This document shows positions 1-10,626 of a stretch of 64,000 nucleotides of DNA, in pieces (within the stretch, counting starts at the first letter, position 1; every line of letters begins with the position of its first letter). Location of the stretch: the NCBI GenBank assembly GCA_023394965.1, contig JAEWZX010000007.1, positions 100,969 to 164,968 on the forward strand, read 5' to 3'. A program made the translations under genes and the position numbers. This DNA comes from Pseudomonadota bacterium (GTDB taxonomy: Bacteria > Pseudomonadota > Alphaproteobacteria > Sphingomonadales > Sphingomonadaceae). The notes under the pieces are model-generated. The model saw only the letters and a program-made list of their open reading frames with translations, made no database searches and was not told the DNA's origin.

Positions 1-234
1 GAGCTTCTGCAATCCTGCCATGAAGGCGCTTGCCGCACGACCAGGCAGGACGCCCATCTGCCGTTCGAAAAGATCGTTCCAGATCGCGTCTTCATCGCTG
101 CCATATTCGGTCTGCTTGGGTTCAAGCCAGTCTTCACCGACATGGTCCGGCTTTCTCAGCGGGGCGGTGAAAACCTCTGCCGGCAGGTCGGGCAGTTGGC
201 TAAAGTCCTGTTCGGATTTTTCAAATGAGGCCAT
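1..234 (-). CDS. phhA: Phenylalanine 4-monooxygenase, N-terminal part (truncated by window edge)
   Basis: Manual translation from ATG at 234: MASFEKSEQDFSQLPDLPAEVFTAPLRKPDHVGEDWLEPKQTEYGSDEDAIWNDLFERQMGVLPGRAASAFMAGLQKL; the Y..E..IW..LFERQ...LPGRA...F..GL pattern is typical of bacterial PhhA. Confidence 0.8.
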   Translation of the reverse strand, partial: MASFEKSEQDFSQLPDLPAEVFTAPLRKPDHVGEDWLEPKQTEYGSDEDAIWNDLFERQMGVLPGRAASAFMAGLQKL

Positions 235-290
235 ATCGTTTCCGTTGATACTACTATTGGACCTTCCATTCAAATGCTGCGCGAGGATGC

Positions 291-1061
291 ATGAAAAAGG
301 ACGATTACGAAAACGCGCTCGAGACGATGCAGGAAGAACTCGTTGCTGCGGCGCGCTGGGCCCGTGCCACGAACCAGAGGATTGTGGTGATATTCGAGGG
401 GCGCGATACGGCGGGCAAGGGCGGGGCCATCCGTGCCGTCTCGGAAAAGCTCAATCCGCGCCAGTGCCACATCATCGCATTGGGAAAGCCAACCGACGCG
501 GAACAGGGCCAGTGGTATTTCCAGCGCTATGTCCAGCATTTGCCGAGTGCAGGTGAGATCGTGCTGTTCGATCGTAGTTGGTATAACCGTGCGGGCGTTG
601 AAAAGGTCATGGGCTATGCCACGCCCGCTCAGGTTGCAGAATTTCTCGAACAGGTCCCGACGTTTGAGAAAATGCTGGTGGATGACGGTATACTGCTGTT
701 CAAATATTGGCTTACGACAGACCAGGTGCAGCAGGAAGAGCGCCTGCGCGAGCGGTTGGAAGATCCTTTGAAACGCTGGAAGCTGTCGCCCGTCGATCTC
801 GCTGCGAGGGACAGATACGATGCCTATACCGAGGCGCGCGAGGCTATGCTGGCGGCAACCCATACGCCGTGGGCGCCATGGACACTGGTGGACTCTAACG
901 ATCAGAAGCGCGGACGGCTGACATTGGTGCGGGATCTGCTTGACCGGCTTCCCGATCTGCAGGTCGCCCCTGAATTAATCGAATTTCCAGACTTGGGTCG
1001 TGAACCTCAGGCAGAGCGGTATACGGTATTGCAGCCTATTGCGGACTATCCGGTGGACTAG
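291..1061 (+). CDS. ppk2: Polyphosphate kinase 2
   Basis: FEGRDTAGKGG P-loop, WYFQRY, FDRSWYNR and KRWKLSP motifs. Confidence 0.95.
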   Translation: MKKDDYENALETMQEELVAAARWARATNQRIVVIFEGRDTAGKGGAIRAVSEKLNPRQCHIIALGKPTDAEQGQWYFQRYVQHLPSAGEIVLFDRSWYNRAGVEKVMGYATPAQVAEFLEQVPTFEKMLVDDGILLFKYWLTTDQVQQEERLRERLEDPLKRWKLSPVDLAARDRYDAYTEAREAMLAATHTPWAPWTLVDSNDQKRGRLTLVRDLLDRLPDLQVAPELIEFPDLGREPQAERYTVLQPIADYPVD

Positions 1062-1915
1062 GCCAGTTTGGCAGAAGCTTTTGTTACTTGGCGTCCATCG
1101 CCTGCGAAGGCGCCCAGTTCTATGGCCTCGCCTTCGCCACGGATGACGAGATGCAGCCGCTCCCCTGCAATTGCCGGGCTGACACCACGAAAGGCAAACC
1201 GAGCCAGGCGGTTCTCGCCGAAACATTCTGCCGCGAGTTGAAGCAAAAGGCTGGCTGTCAGTGGCCCATGGACCACCAGTCCGCGATAGCGCTCCACATT
1301 CTGGGCATAGGGTGCATCGTAATGGATGCGATGCGTATTGAAGGTAAGGGCGGAAAACCGAAACAACAGCCGCTCATCCGGTGTCACCGCCCGGTGGGTA
1401 TCCCAAGCGGAAAAATCGAAGTCATCATCACTCGTCACAGGCGGAACAAGCGGAGAATCGTTGGCTTGTGGCCCAAGATAGACCAGTGTTTGCCGTTCGG
1501 AGACCGCCAAATGCCCATCGGTGCTGGTTTCGTGATCCACATCGACGAACACCATATCGCCGCGGCTTCCCGACTTTGAGGTTACCGAAGCAACGCGGCT
1601 CGTCCGCTCGATAGTAGAGCCTATCGATATGGGCGCGTGGAAGCGGATGTCGCTGGATGCCCACATCCGCCGGGGTAGGGGGACAGGGGGCAGGAAGCTC
1701 GCCGGGCTTTCATCGCGCGATGGGTGGCCATCTTCGCCCAGTTGTGCCGTACGCGCGTCGGGGGTGCACAGGCACAGATGGATACCCTGTGGCATCGCCC
1801 CCACGCCAGGCGCATCACGGTCGAACGTCGCGTACCATCGCGTGGCAAGCGCGGGCTCTAGCCGATCGTATGCGCGTTGTTCTCGGCCAATCCAGTCCGA
1901 CCAGTTTTGCGTCAC
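1058..1915 (-). CDS. Double hot-dog (MaoC-like) acyl-CoA hydratase, mesaconyl-C4-CoA/itaconyl-CoA hydratase-like
   Basis: GTG start overlaps the thiolase stop (GTGA); motifs DGHP, LPRRMWA, LFRFSALTFNTHRIHYD, GLVVHGPL. Confidence 0.85.
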   Translation of the reverse strand: MTQNWSDWIGREQRAYDRLEPALATRWYATFDRDAPGVGAMPQGIHLCLCTPDARTAQLGEDGHPSRDESPASFLPPVPLPRRMWASSDIRFHAPISIGSTIERTSRVASVTSKSGSRGDMVFVDVDHETSTDGHLAVSERQTLVYLGPQANDSPLVPPVTSDDDFDFSAWDTHRAVTPDERLLFRFSALTFNTHRIHYDAPYAQNVERYRGLVVHGPLTASLLLQLAAECFGENRLARFAFRGVSPAIAGERLHLVIRGEGEAIELGAFAGDGRQVTKASAKLA

Positions 1916-3144
1916 GCTGCGCGCTCGAACACCGCGGCCATGCCTTGCCCCCCGCCTATGCACATGGTTTCCAAGCCGTACCGGACTTCGCGGCGCTTCA
2001 TCTCGTGCGCCATATCGGCAAGGATGCGAATTCCAGTTGCGCCGATCGGGTGGCCAAGCGAGATGCCGGACCCGTTGACATTGACGATATCGCGGCGGCT
2101 GTCCTCCTCGGCGAAGCCCCAACCTTTCAAGACGGCAAGTGCCTGGGGGGCAAAAGCTTCATTGAGTTCAATCAGGCCGATATCGTCCCAGGCGAGACCA
2201 TTTCGTGCGAACAACCGCTCGACTGCCGGGACCGGCCCGATGCCCATGCGACTGGGATCGCAGCCCGCTGCGCTCCACGAATGGAACCACAGGAGCGGTT
2301 CGAGACCGAGTTCCTCGACCTTGTCTTCAGCCACGACGAGGCAGGCGGCAGCGGCATCGTTCTGCTGGCTGGCATTACCTGCTGTCACAATGGCATCGGC
2401 ATCGCGCTTGAGATCGATGGCCCGGAGGCTGCCAAGTGTTTCCATGCTGGCATCGGCGCGGAAACCCTCATCCCTGGCAAAGATCACCGGGTCGCCTTTG
2501 CGCTGCGGAATTTCCACCGGCACCAGCTGCTCGTCGAACTTGCCTTCGTCCCAGGCACGGGCGGCATTCTGGTGGCTGCGCACGGCGAAGGCGTCGGCTT
2601 CTTCGCGAGTGATATTGTAATCCTTAGCCAGGTTTTCGGCAGTTTCGATCATGCCGGTGATGATGCCGTAGCGTTCGATCGGCTGGCTCATCAGGCGGCC
2701 ACGGGTCAGGCGGTCCCACAGCTGCATATCGCCAAGGCGGGAGCCGTGACGGGCCTTGGTCGTGTAATGTTCGACATTCGACATGCTTTCGACACCGCCG
2801 GCTAGCACGCAATCGGCGACGCCGGTCTGCACCATCATGGCGGCCGTTGCGACGGCCTGCAGGCCAGACCCGCAGCGCCGATCGAGCTGGAAGCCGGGCA
2901 CCTCTTCCGGAAAGCCTGCGGCCAGCCAACTCCAGCGACCGATGGCGGGTGCTTCGCCGCTGCCATAGCCTTGGCTGAAGACGACATCGTCGACGCGTGC
3001 AGGATCGATCCCGCTGCGTTCCATCAAAGCGTTGATGATGATAGCGCCGAGCTGTCCTGCTTCGAGCGGGGCGAGGCTACCGAGGAAGCGCCCGACCGGG
3101 GTTCTCAGCGGCTTGCAGATGGCTACGCGGCGGTTGGTCGTCAT
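1912..3144 (-). CDS. Thiolase (acetyl-CoA C-acyltransferase)
   Basis: RRCGSGLQA, NEAFA, GHPIGATG and CIGGGQG thiolase motifs. Confidence 0.95.
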   Translation of the reverse strand: MTTNRRVAICKPLRTPVGRFLGSLAPLEAGQLGAIIINALMERSGIDPARVDDVVFSQGYGSGEAPAIGRWSWLAAGFPEEVPGFQLDRRCGSGLQAVATAAMMVQTGVADCVLAGGVESMSNVEHYTTKARHGSRLGDMQLWDRLTRGRLMSQPIERYGIITGMIETAENLAKDYNITREEADAFAVRSHQNAARAWDEGKFDEQLVPVEIPQRKGDPVIFARDEGFRADASMETLGSLRAIDLKRDADAIVTAGNASQQNDAAAACLVVAEDKVEELGLEPLLWFHSWSAAGCDPSRMGIGPVPAVERLFARNGLAWDDIGLIELNEAFAPQALAVLKGWGFAEEDSRRDIVNVNGSGISLGHPIGATGIRILADMAHEMKRREVRYGLETMCIGGGQGMAAVFERAA

Positions 3145-3147
3145 GGC

Positions 3148-4386
3148 TTAGTCCTTGTCCGAAAGGCGGGCGATTCCCCGGTCGACGAGAGCGCCGATCG
3201 TGCCCGAGGCGAGGCCGAGGCGGTCGGCCAGAATTTCTTCGGTATGCTGCCCCAGATAGGGAGCGGCCTGGGGCGACCCCGCTTCGAGGCCGGGGAGGTT
3301 GGCGAAACTGCGGGTGGCGGGATAGGCGAACCCGCTGGGATTGGCGGGAGAAGGGCCGAAAAGCGGGTTTTCTGCCACCAGCTCCCGGTCCTGCGCGGCT
3401 TCGTGCATCGTGCGATAGCGTTCGAAAGTGGTGCCGTTTTCCGTCAGACGGGTCTGCAACACATGCCAATCAAGCGTATGACTGCATGCCTCGAACAGCT
3501 CGAACAGGCGGTGCCGGTGTTCGAAACGGGGGCGATCCCCATCGGCGAAGCACACACCCAGTTCCTTTTCCAGTTGGGCGATTTCGGTGGCTAGGCCGAA
3601 GGCGGCCACCAGCCCGTTCCACTGCTTCGGTGTCAGCGCGGCAACCATGAAGCGCACGCCGTCCCGGCTGCGGAAATCGCGCCCGAACGCGCCCCAGATG
3701 GCATTGCCGAGCCGTTCGCGGTCACCGCCACGATAGAGCATTTCGGCCATCGCCCCACTATTGGCCATGGTGCCAATGGCGACATCGCCCAGCGGCACAC
3801 GGATTTCGCTGCCTTTGCCCGTAGCATCGCGGCGGCGCAGCCCGGCCAGCAGGGCGAAGGCGCAATAGGCACCGGTGATGAAATCCCAGGCCGGCAGCAC
3901 CTGGTTGACCGGCGGCGCGGTTTCCAGATCCCATTCTTCCGGCCCGCACATCAGTGGATAGCCGCTGGCGGCGTTGACGGTGAAATCCATCGCCTGCCGT
4001 CCATCGTGCCAGCCCATGATGCGCACGCTGACCAGATCGGGGGCGGAGGCAGGACGTTTCGCGGCAACTGCATCATGCGCCAGAAAACTCTTTTCCGGCA
4101 GATTGGTGATGAGGTTGCCGGTTTTCGCCGACAGCTCGACCAGCAATTCGCGCCCTTCATCACTGCGCAGATCCAGCGCGACCGATTTCTTCGCCCGGTT
4201 GAGGTTTTCCCAGCTGAGCGAACGCCCTTCGCTGGTCAGCATGTAGCGGTCGTAATCGAGCCCGCCCGCCTTGTGATCGACACGGATCACTTCGGCCCCC
4301 ATCTGCGCGCAATACAGGCCGGCGGTCGGCGAGGCGACGAAGCTGGAGGCTTCGATTATGCTCAGGCCTTCTAGAAGCGGATACAC
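3148..4386 (-). CDS. Family III CoA transferase, mesaconyl-CoA C1-C4 CoA transferase (2-methylfumaryl-CoA isomerase)-like
   Basis: SSFVASP, GGLDY, LNRAKKS, DFTVN, VNQVLPAWD, GAFGRDF and LGQHTEEIL segments resemble Chloroflexus Mct as I recall it. Confidence 0.8.
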   Translation of the reverse strand: MYPLLEGLSIIEASSFVASPTAGLYCAQMGAEVIRVDHKAGGLDYDRYMLTSEGRSLSWENLNRAKKSVALDLRSDEGRELLVELSAKTGNLITNLPEKSFLAHDAVAAKRPASAPDLVSVRIMGWHDGRQAMDFTVNAASGYPLMCGPEEWDLETAPPVNQVLPAWDFITGAYCAFALLAGLRRRDATGKGSEIRVPLGDVAIGTMANSGAMAEMLYRGGDRERLGNAIWGAFGRDFRSRDGVRFMVAALTPKQWNGLVAAFGLATEIAQLEKELGVCFADGDRPRFEHRHRLFELFEACSHTLDWHVLQTRLTENGTTFERYRTMHEAAQDRELVAENPLFGPSPANPSGFAYPATRSFANLPGLEAGSPQAAPYLGQHTEEILADRLGLASGTIGALVDRGIARLSDKD

Positions 4387-4389
4387 TCT

Positions 4390-5574
4390 TTAAATACCCG
4401 CCGCGTAATCGCGCAGCATATGCTTGGCGATCTGCAGCTGGAGGATCTGGGTGGTCCCTTCGTAGATGCGATAGATACGGGCATCGCGGAAGAAGCGTTC
4501 GGCATCGTATTCGGCCAGATAGCCCGCGCCGCCATAGACCTGCACCACCCGGTCGACCACGCGGCCGCACATTTCGGAGGCGAAGACCTTGAAGGCGGCG
4601 GCATGCTTGACCGTGTTTTCGCCGCGGTCGACGCGCGCGGTGACATCGGCCATCATCGCTTCGGCGGCGTAGATTTCGGTCCAGCTTTCGCTGAGCATTT
4701 GCTGGATGAGCTGGAAATTGGCGATCGGTTCGCCGAAGGCCTGCCGCTCGCTGGCATATTTGATCGCGCTGTCGAGCGCGCGGCGGGCGTAGCCCGTGCT
4801 GGCCGCGCCGACCGAGATGCGCCCATTGTCGAGGCTCATCATGGCAAAGCGGAAGCCCTTGCCGGTTTCGCCGCCCAGAAGCGCATCGCCCGGCACATGT
4901 ACATCGTCGAGCATGACGTCGGAGATATGGCTGCCGGCCTGCCCCATCTTGTGATCCGGGCTGCCGGTCGAAACGCCGGGCGTATCCATCGGCACGATGA
5001 AGGCGGATACATGCGCGTTCTTGGGCAGCGCATCCTTTTCGGTGCGCGCCATGATCAGTGCGACATCGGCATGAGGCGCATTGGTGATATAGCGTTTGGT
5101 GCCGTTCAGGATCCAGCCATTGCCATCGGGGTCGGGACGGGCAGTGGTGGCCATGGCGGCACTGTCGCTGCCGGAGCCTGGTTCGGTCAGGCCGAAACAG
5201 GCAATCGAACCGCTGGCGATTCTGGGCCACCATTCGGCTTTCTGCGCATCGGTCCCGCCATTCTTGATTGCCGAATTGAACATGCCGACATTGATCGAGA
5301 AGATCGAGCGATAAGCGGGCGCGGCATAGGCCATGGTCTTCACCACCTTGGCATATTGCGTGCAGTTGAGCCCCGCCCCGCCGAATTCTTCTGGCACGGT
5401 CAGGCCGAAAAGGCCCATATCCTTCATTTCGGAGACGATTTCATCGGGAATGCGGTCTTCCGCAATCACCTGCTTTTCCGCCGGGATCAGCCGTTCGCGC
5501 ACATAGCGCTCAAGCTGTTCCAGAAACTGGTCGAAGATGTCGGCATCCATGCCGGGATTGACGGTGTCGCTCAT
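4390..5574 (-). CDS. Acyl-CoA dehydrogenase
   Basis: FGLTEPGSGSD, NGTKRYITN, RQAFG, YGGAGY and RIYEGTTQI motifs. Confidence 0.95.
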   Translation of the reverse strand: MSDTVNPGMDADIFDQFLEQLERYVRERLIPAEKQVIAEDRIPDEIVSEMKDMGLFGLTVPEEFGGAGLNCTQYAKVVKTMAYAAPAYRSIFSINVGMFNSAIKNGGTDAQKAEWWPRIASGSIACFGLTEPGSGSDSAAMATTARPDPDGNGWILNGTKRYITNAPHADVALIMARTEKDALPKNAHVSAFIVPMDTPGVSTGSPDHKMGQAGSHISDVMLDDVHVPGDALLGGETGKGFRFAMMSLDNGRISVGAASTGYARRALDSAIKYASERQAFGEPIANFQLIQQMLSESWTEIYAAEAMMADVTARVDRGENTVKHAAAFKVFASEMCGRVVDRVVQVYGGAGYLAEYDAERFFRDARIYRIYEGTTQILQLQIAKHMLRDYAAGI

Positions 5575-5834
5575 TCGGAAGCTTCCTTCTCCAACGCTTG
5601 CGGACTGCCCGGTTTATTATGTGTATCTGTGGGCGCGGCGTTTTCAGCGGTACTGCCACCGCTTTCGGCATCCAAGACGCCGTCGGGCAGGCGCCGCTGA
5701 TCGATCATTTCGGCCGCGTCGTCGAGCGCTTCCGCTTCGCTTTGCGAGACCGGCTGGACCGGTTCGTCATCCTCATATCCGGAACAGGCGGAGAGCGCGG
5801 CAAGCGCAGCGAACAGGGGGACGATTCGGCTCAT
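5571..5834 (-). CDS. Small acidic lipoprotein, unknown function
   Basis: MSRIVPLFAALAALSAC lipobox; stop overlaps the acyl-CoA dehydrogenase ATG (ATGA). Confidence 0.7.
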   Translation of the reverse strand: MSRIVPLFAALAALSACSGYEDDEPVQPVSQSEAEALDDAAEMIDQRRLPDGVLDAESGGSTAENAAPTDTHNKPGSPQALEKEASE

Positions 5835-5925
5835 GGACGCGGAAACTAGGCGTAGTGGAGCGCCGCGCAAAGGACGTTACGGCGCGGCTGGACGGGGGCG
5901 AGCCAGTGGCCCGCCCGCTGACCGA

Positions 5926-6213
5926 TCAGTTGCTGGCGTCTTCGGCCATCGCATCCATGGCGGCGGCGGCGGTATCCGCTGCGCTGTCGCCGGCTTCCTG
6001 GATCTGCGCTTCTTCGCTCGGCGTGGTGACTTCTGCGGCCGGGGCGGCATTGGCTGCCGGATCTGCGACCGGTGTTTCTTCCACGCCCGAAAGCGCTTCC
6101 TCGGCGGGCATTTCGACGGTGTCGGCTTCGACTTCGGTCGATGCGTCTTCGGTGCTGCCGCATGCGGCAAGGGCGATGGTGGCGGCCGCCGTCAGGGCGA
6201 TACGGAATTTCAT
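5926..6213 (-). CDS. Small Ala/Glu-rich lipoprotein, unknown function
   Basis: MKFRIALTAAATIALAAC lipobox; GAGGAG RBS upstream. Confidence 0.8.
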   Translation of the reverse strand: MKFRIALTAAATIALAACGSTEDASTEVEADTVEMPAEEALSGVEETPVADPAANAAPAAEVTTPSEEAQIQEAGDSAADTAAAAMDAMAEDASN

Positions 6214-6335
6214 GGGTTCGTTCTCCTCAAAAATATGGAATGGCGTTGGCGGTAAAGCGCATGCGTTGCACCCGGGGCAAGGGAAAATTGCCCGCAGCCG
6301 GTTGCACTCGCCATGGCGTCTGCCATCAGGCCACC

Positions 6336-8105
<1,770 letters not shown>

Positions 8106-8118
8106 CAGAAAGCTTTGA

Positions 8119-8150
8119 TCGATATAAATATGATATCATAATTATATCGA
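8119..8150. promoter_or_regulatory. 32-bp near-perfect palindrome, putative operator of the SPFH-RHH operon
   Basis: TCGATATAAATATGATATCATAATTATATCGA has one mismatched pair and abuts the AGGAG RBS. Confidence 0.75.
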
Positions 8151-8165
8151 AGGAGTCTGTTCGTC

Positions 8166-9080
8166 ATGTCGGTTGAATTGAGGGGAATGAATACGAGTAC
8201 CGAGCGTAAGGGGTCGAGCTTCAGCGGCTATCCCATGCTGCTGCTGATTCTGGCCCTGCTGGTCCTGTTCATCTGGAATATCGCGGGCAACATCCCGCCC
8301 GATGGCGCGACCAGGGCAGTGAAATTCACCTTTGTCGGCCTGATCGTCGTACCCCTGCTGGTGCTGTCTTTCCTGTCGTTCGGGTTTTTCATGATCCAGC
8401 CCAATCAGGCGGCCGTGATCACCCTGTTCGGCGAATATCGCGGGACCGAACGGCGCGAGGGGCTGCGCTGGGTGTGGCCGTGGATGATGAAGAACAAGAT
8501 TTCCGTCCGTGCGCACAACATCCATTCGGACCGCGTGAAAATCAACGACCTGCGCGGCAATCCGATCGAAATCGCCTGCAACGTGGTGTGGCGTGTGGCC
8601 GATACCGCCCAGGCGAGCTTCGACGTCGACGATTACAAGGAATTCGTGAACATCCAGATCGAAGCCGGTTTGCGCACGGTCGGATCGCGCCATCCCTATG
8701 ACGATTTCGAAAATGAGGAAGTCACGCTGCGCGGCAGTGCGGATGTCATCAATCGCGAACTGCTGGAAGAACTGAACGACCGGCTGAAGGTGGCGGGCAT
8801 CCTGGTGGACGAGGCGGGCCTCACGCACCTGGCCTATGCCAGCGAAATCGCCAGCGCCATGCTCAAGCGGCAGCAGGCCGATGCGATCATCGCCGCGCGC
8901 GCCAAGATCGTGCTGGGCGCTGTGGGCATGGTGGAAGACGCGCTGACCAAGCTGGCGCAGGACGATATCGTCGACATGGACGATGAACGCCGGGCCGCGA
9001 TGGTCAGTAATCTGATGGTTGTGCTGTGCGGCGAAAAGGATGTTCAGCCTGTCGTGAACGCCGGTACGCTGTACCAGTAG
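8166..9080 (+). CDS. SPFH (band 7/stomatin-like) membrane protein
   Basis: Two N-terminal TM segments; [21 protein letters not shown] and [10 protein letters not shown] motifs. Confidence 0.9.
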   Translation: MSVELRGMNTSTERKGSSFSGYPMLLLILALLVLFIWNIAGNIPPDGATRAVKFTFVGLIVVPLLVLSFLSFGFFMIQPNQAAVITLFGEYRGTERREGLRWVWPWMMKNKISVRAHNIHSDRVKINDLRGNPIEIACNVVWRVADTAQASFDVDDYKEFVNIQIEAGLRTVGSRHPYDDFENEEVTLRGSADVINRELLEELNDRLKVAGILVDEAGLTHLAYASEIASAMLKRQQADAIIAARAKIVLGAVGMVEDALTKLAQDDIVDMDDERRAAMVSNLMVVLCGEKDVQPVVNAGTLYQ

Positions 9081-9103
9081 GCGATACGGGCGGAACCGCT
9101 GTC

Positions 9104-9295
9104 ATGAAGAAGAAAGCCTTCGCCCTCCGTCTCGACCCGGCAGTCCATGCCGCGGTCGAGCGGCTGGCCGCGGCGGAGCTGCGCAGCGCGAATGCCCAGA
9201 TCGAAATGCTGGTGCGCGAAGCGCTGGAACAGCGCGGGATAGATGTGCCAGTCACCAAACCGCCCCGACGCGGACGGCCGGCAAAGGAGGACTGA
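9104..9295 (+). CDS. Arc-like ribbon-helix-helix DNA-binding protein
   Basis: KKAFALRLDP...ELRSANAQIEMLVREAL pattern; 63 aa. Confidence 0.85.
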   Translation: MKKKAFALRLDPAVHAAVERLAAAELRSANAQIEMLVREALEQRGIDVPVTKPPRRGRPAKED

Positions 9296-9296
9296 A

Positions 9297-9554
9297 ATGG
9301 ACGACGGCAAGCCTTGGTTCGAACAGAAACGCTATGGCTATGGCGCAGGCCTGCCGATCGCCTGGCAGGGCTGGGCGGTGCTGGGCGTCTATATGCTGGT
9401 TGTGGCAATCGGCTGCATGCTGGCCGTGTGGGACGAGGAAGTCGGCGCGATCGCCGCGATTGCATTGATTGTTCCAGCAACCGCCGCACTGGTCTATATA
9501 GCGGCGATGAAGACGCGCGGCGGTTGGCAGTGGCGTTGGGGCGGAGACAGGTAA
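9297..9554 (+). CDS. Small membrane protein, unknown function
   Basis: WFEQKRYGYGAGLPIAWQGW followed by two hydrophobic helices; AAGGAGG RBS. Confidence 0.8.
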   Translation: MDDGKPWFEQKRYGYGAGLPIAWQGWAVLGVYMLVVAIGCMLAVWDEEVGAIAAIALIVPATAALVYIAAMKTRGGWQWRWGGDR

Positions 9555-9578
9555 CGCGGTTTCTGCCCGGGGCAGGAG

Positions 9579-9597
9579 TTATCGCGATGTTAACCAT
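9579..9597 (+). promoter_or_regulatory. Near-consensus CtrA site
   Basis: TTAT-N7-TTAACCAT about 20 bp upstream of the ATG at 9617. Confidence 0.5.
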
Positions 9598-9616
9598 CAA
9601 ATCCTATGCCGGTGCG

Positions 9617-10603
9617 ATGATCTCGCCCTTCGTCTCCCCCGCCTCGCGTGTGCCGCGCTGGCTTCTTGCCGCAGTCGGCACGATTGCCGTTGGCGCGATA
9701 CCGCTGGCCGCGCTGCTGGCGCAGAATGGCGGCAGGGCCACCTACACTGTTGCGGAAACCGGGCGCGGATATGGCTCGCTCCAGCAGGCGGTCGATGCCA
9801 TCGGCGATGGCGAAGGCACGATCATGATCGAATCGGGCAATTGGAACGATTGCGCGGTGCAGAACGGAGGCGTCGTTCATTTCCGTGCCGCGGAAGCGGG
9901 TAAGGCGCTGCTGGGCGGGCGGGCCTGCGAAGGCAAGGCGGCACTGGTCCTGCGCGGCCGCGGCGCGACGGTGGAAGGGCTGGTTTTCGCCGATCTCTCG
10001 GTGCCGGACGGCAATGGCGCTGGGATCCGGCTGGAGAACGGCCCGCTGCGCGTATCGCAGAGCTGGTTTCGCGACAGCCAGCAGGGCATTCTCACCGTCA
10101 ACGGTGTTGATAGCGAGCTGGTGGTCGACAAATCGACCTTCACCCGGCTCGGCACCTGCGAAAATTCATCCGGTTGTGCCCATTCGATCTATGCCGGGGA
10201 TTATGGCAGCGTGAAGGTTACGCGCAGCCGGTTCGAGCAGGGGACGGGCGGGCATTATTTCAAATCGCGCGCATCCCGCAATGTGGTGGAGAATTGCAGC
10301 TTCGACGATTCCAACGGCCACGGAACCAATTATCTGATCGATTTACCCAATGGCGGAACCGGTGCAATCCGCGGCAACTGGTTTGTCCAGGGTCGCGACA
10401 AGGAAAACTGGTCGGCCCTGATTGCCATCGGGGCCGAAGGGGCGAGCTACAGCGCCGATGGGCTGATCATTGCCGACAATGAGGCGCGGCTCGTACCCGG
10501 TCTGTCACGCAACCCGGCCTTCGTTGCCGACTGGACCGGCGATGCTATCGAAATGCACGACAACCGGCTCGGCAGCAGCCTCAAGCGATACGAGAAACGC
10601 TGA
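9617..10603 (+). CDS. Exported right-handed parallel beta-helix protein (pectin lyase-like fold)
   Basis: Signal-like N-terminus; LQQAVDA, GNGAGIRLE, HSIYAG, GHYFKSRA, IDLPNGG; Asn/Gly-rich repeats. Start uncertain. Confidence 0.8.
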   Translation: MISPFVSPASRVPRWLLAAVGTIAVGAIPLAALLAQNGGRATYTVAETGRGYGSLQQAVDAIGDGEGTIMIESGNWNDCAVQNGGVVHFRAAEAGKALLGGRACEGKAALVLRGRGATVEGLVFADLSVPDGNGAGIRLENGPLRVSQSWFRDSQQGILTVNGVDSELVVDKSTFTRLGTCENSSGCAHSIYAGDYGSVKVTRSRFEQGTGGHYFKSRASRNVVENCSFDDSNGHGTNYLIDLPNGGTGAIRGNWFVQGRDKENWSALIAIGAEGASYSADGLIIADNEARLVPGLSRNPAFVADWTGDAIEMHDNRLGSSLKRYEKR

Positions 10604-10626
10604 CATCCGGCTGCTTGCAGCTACGG

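Noticed and set aside
9104..9295. RHH protein as a toxin-antitoxin antitoxin
   Set aside because: No recognisable toxin is adjacent; the context fits a regulator of the SPFH operon
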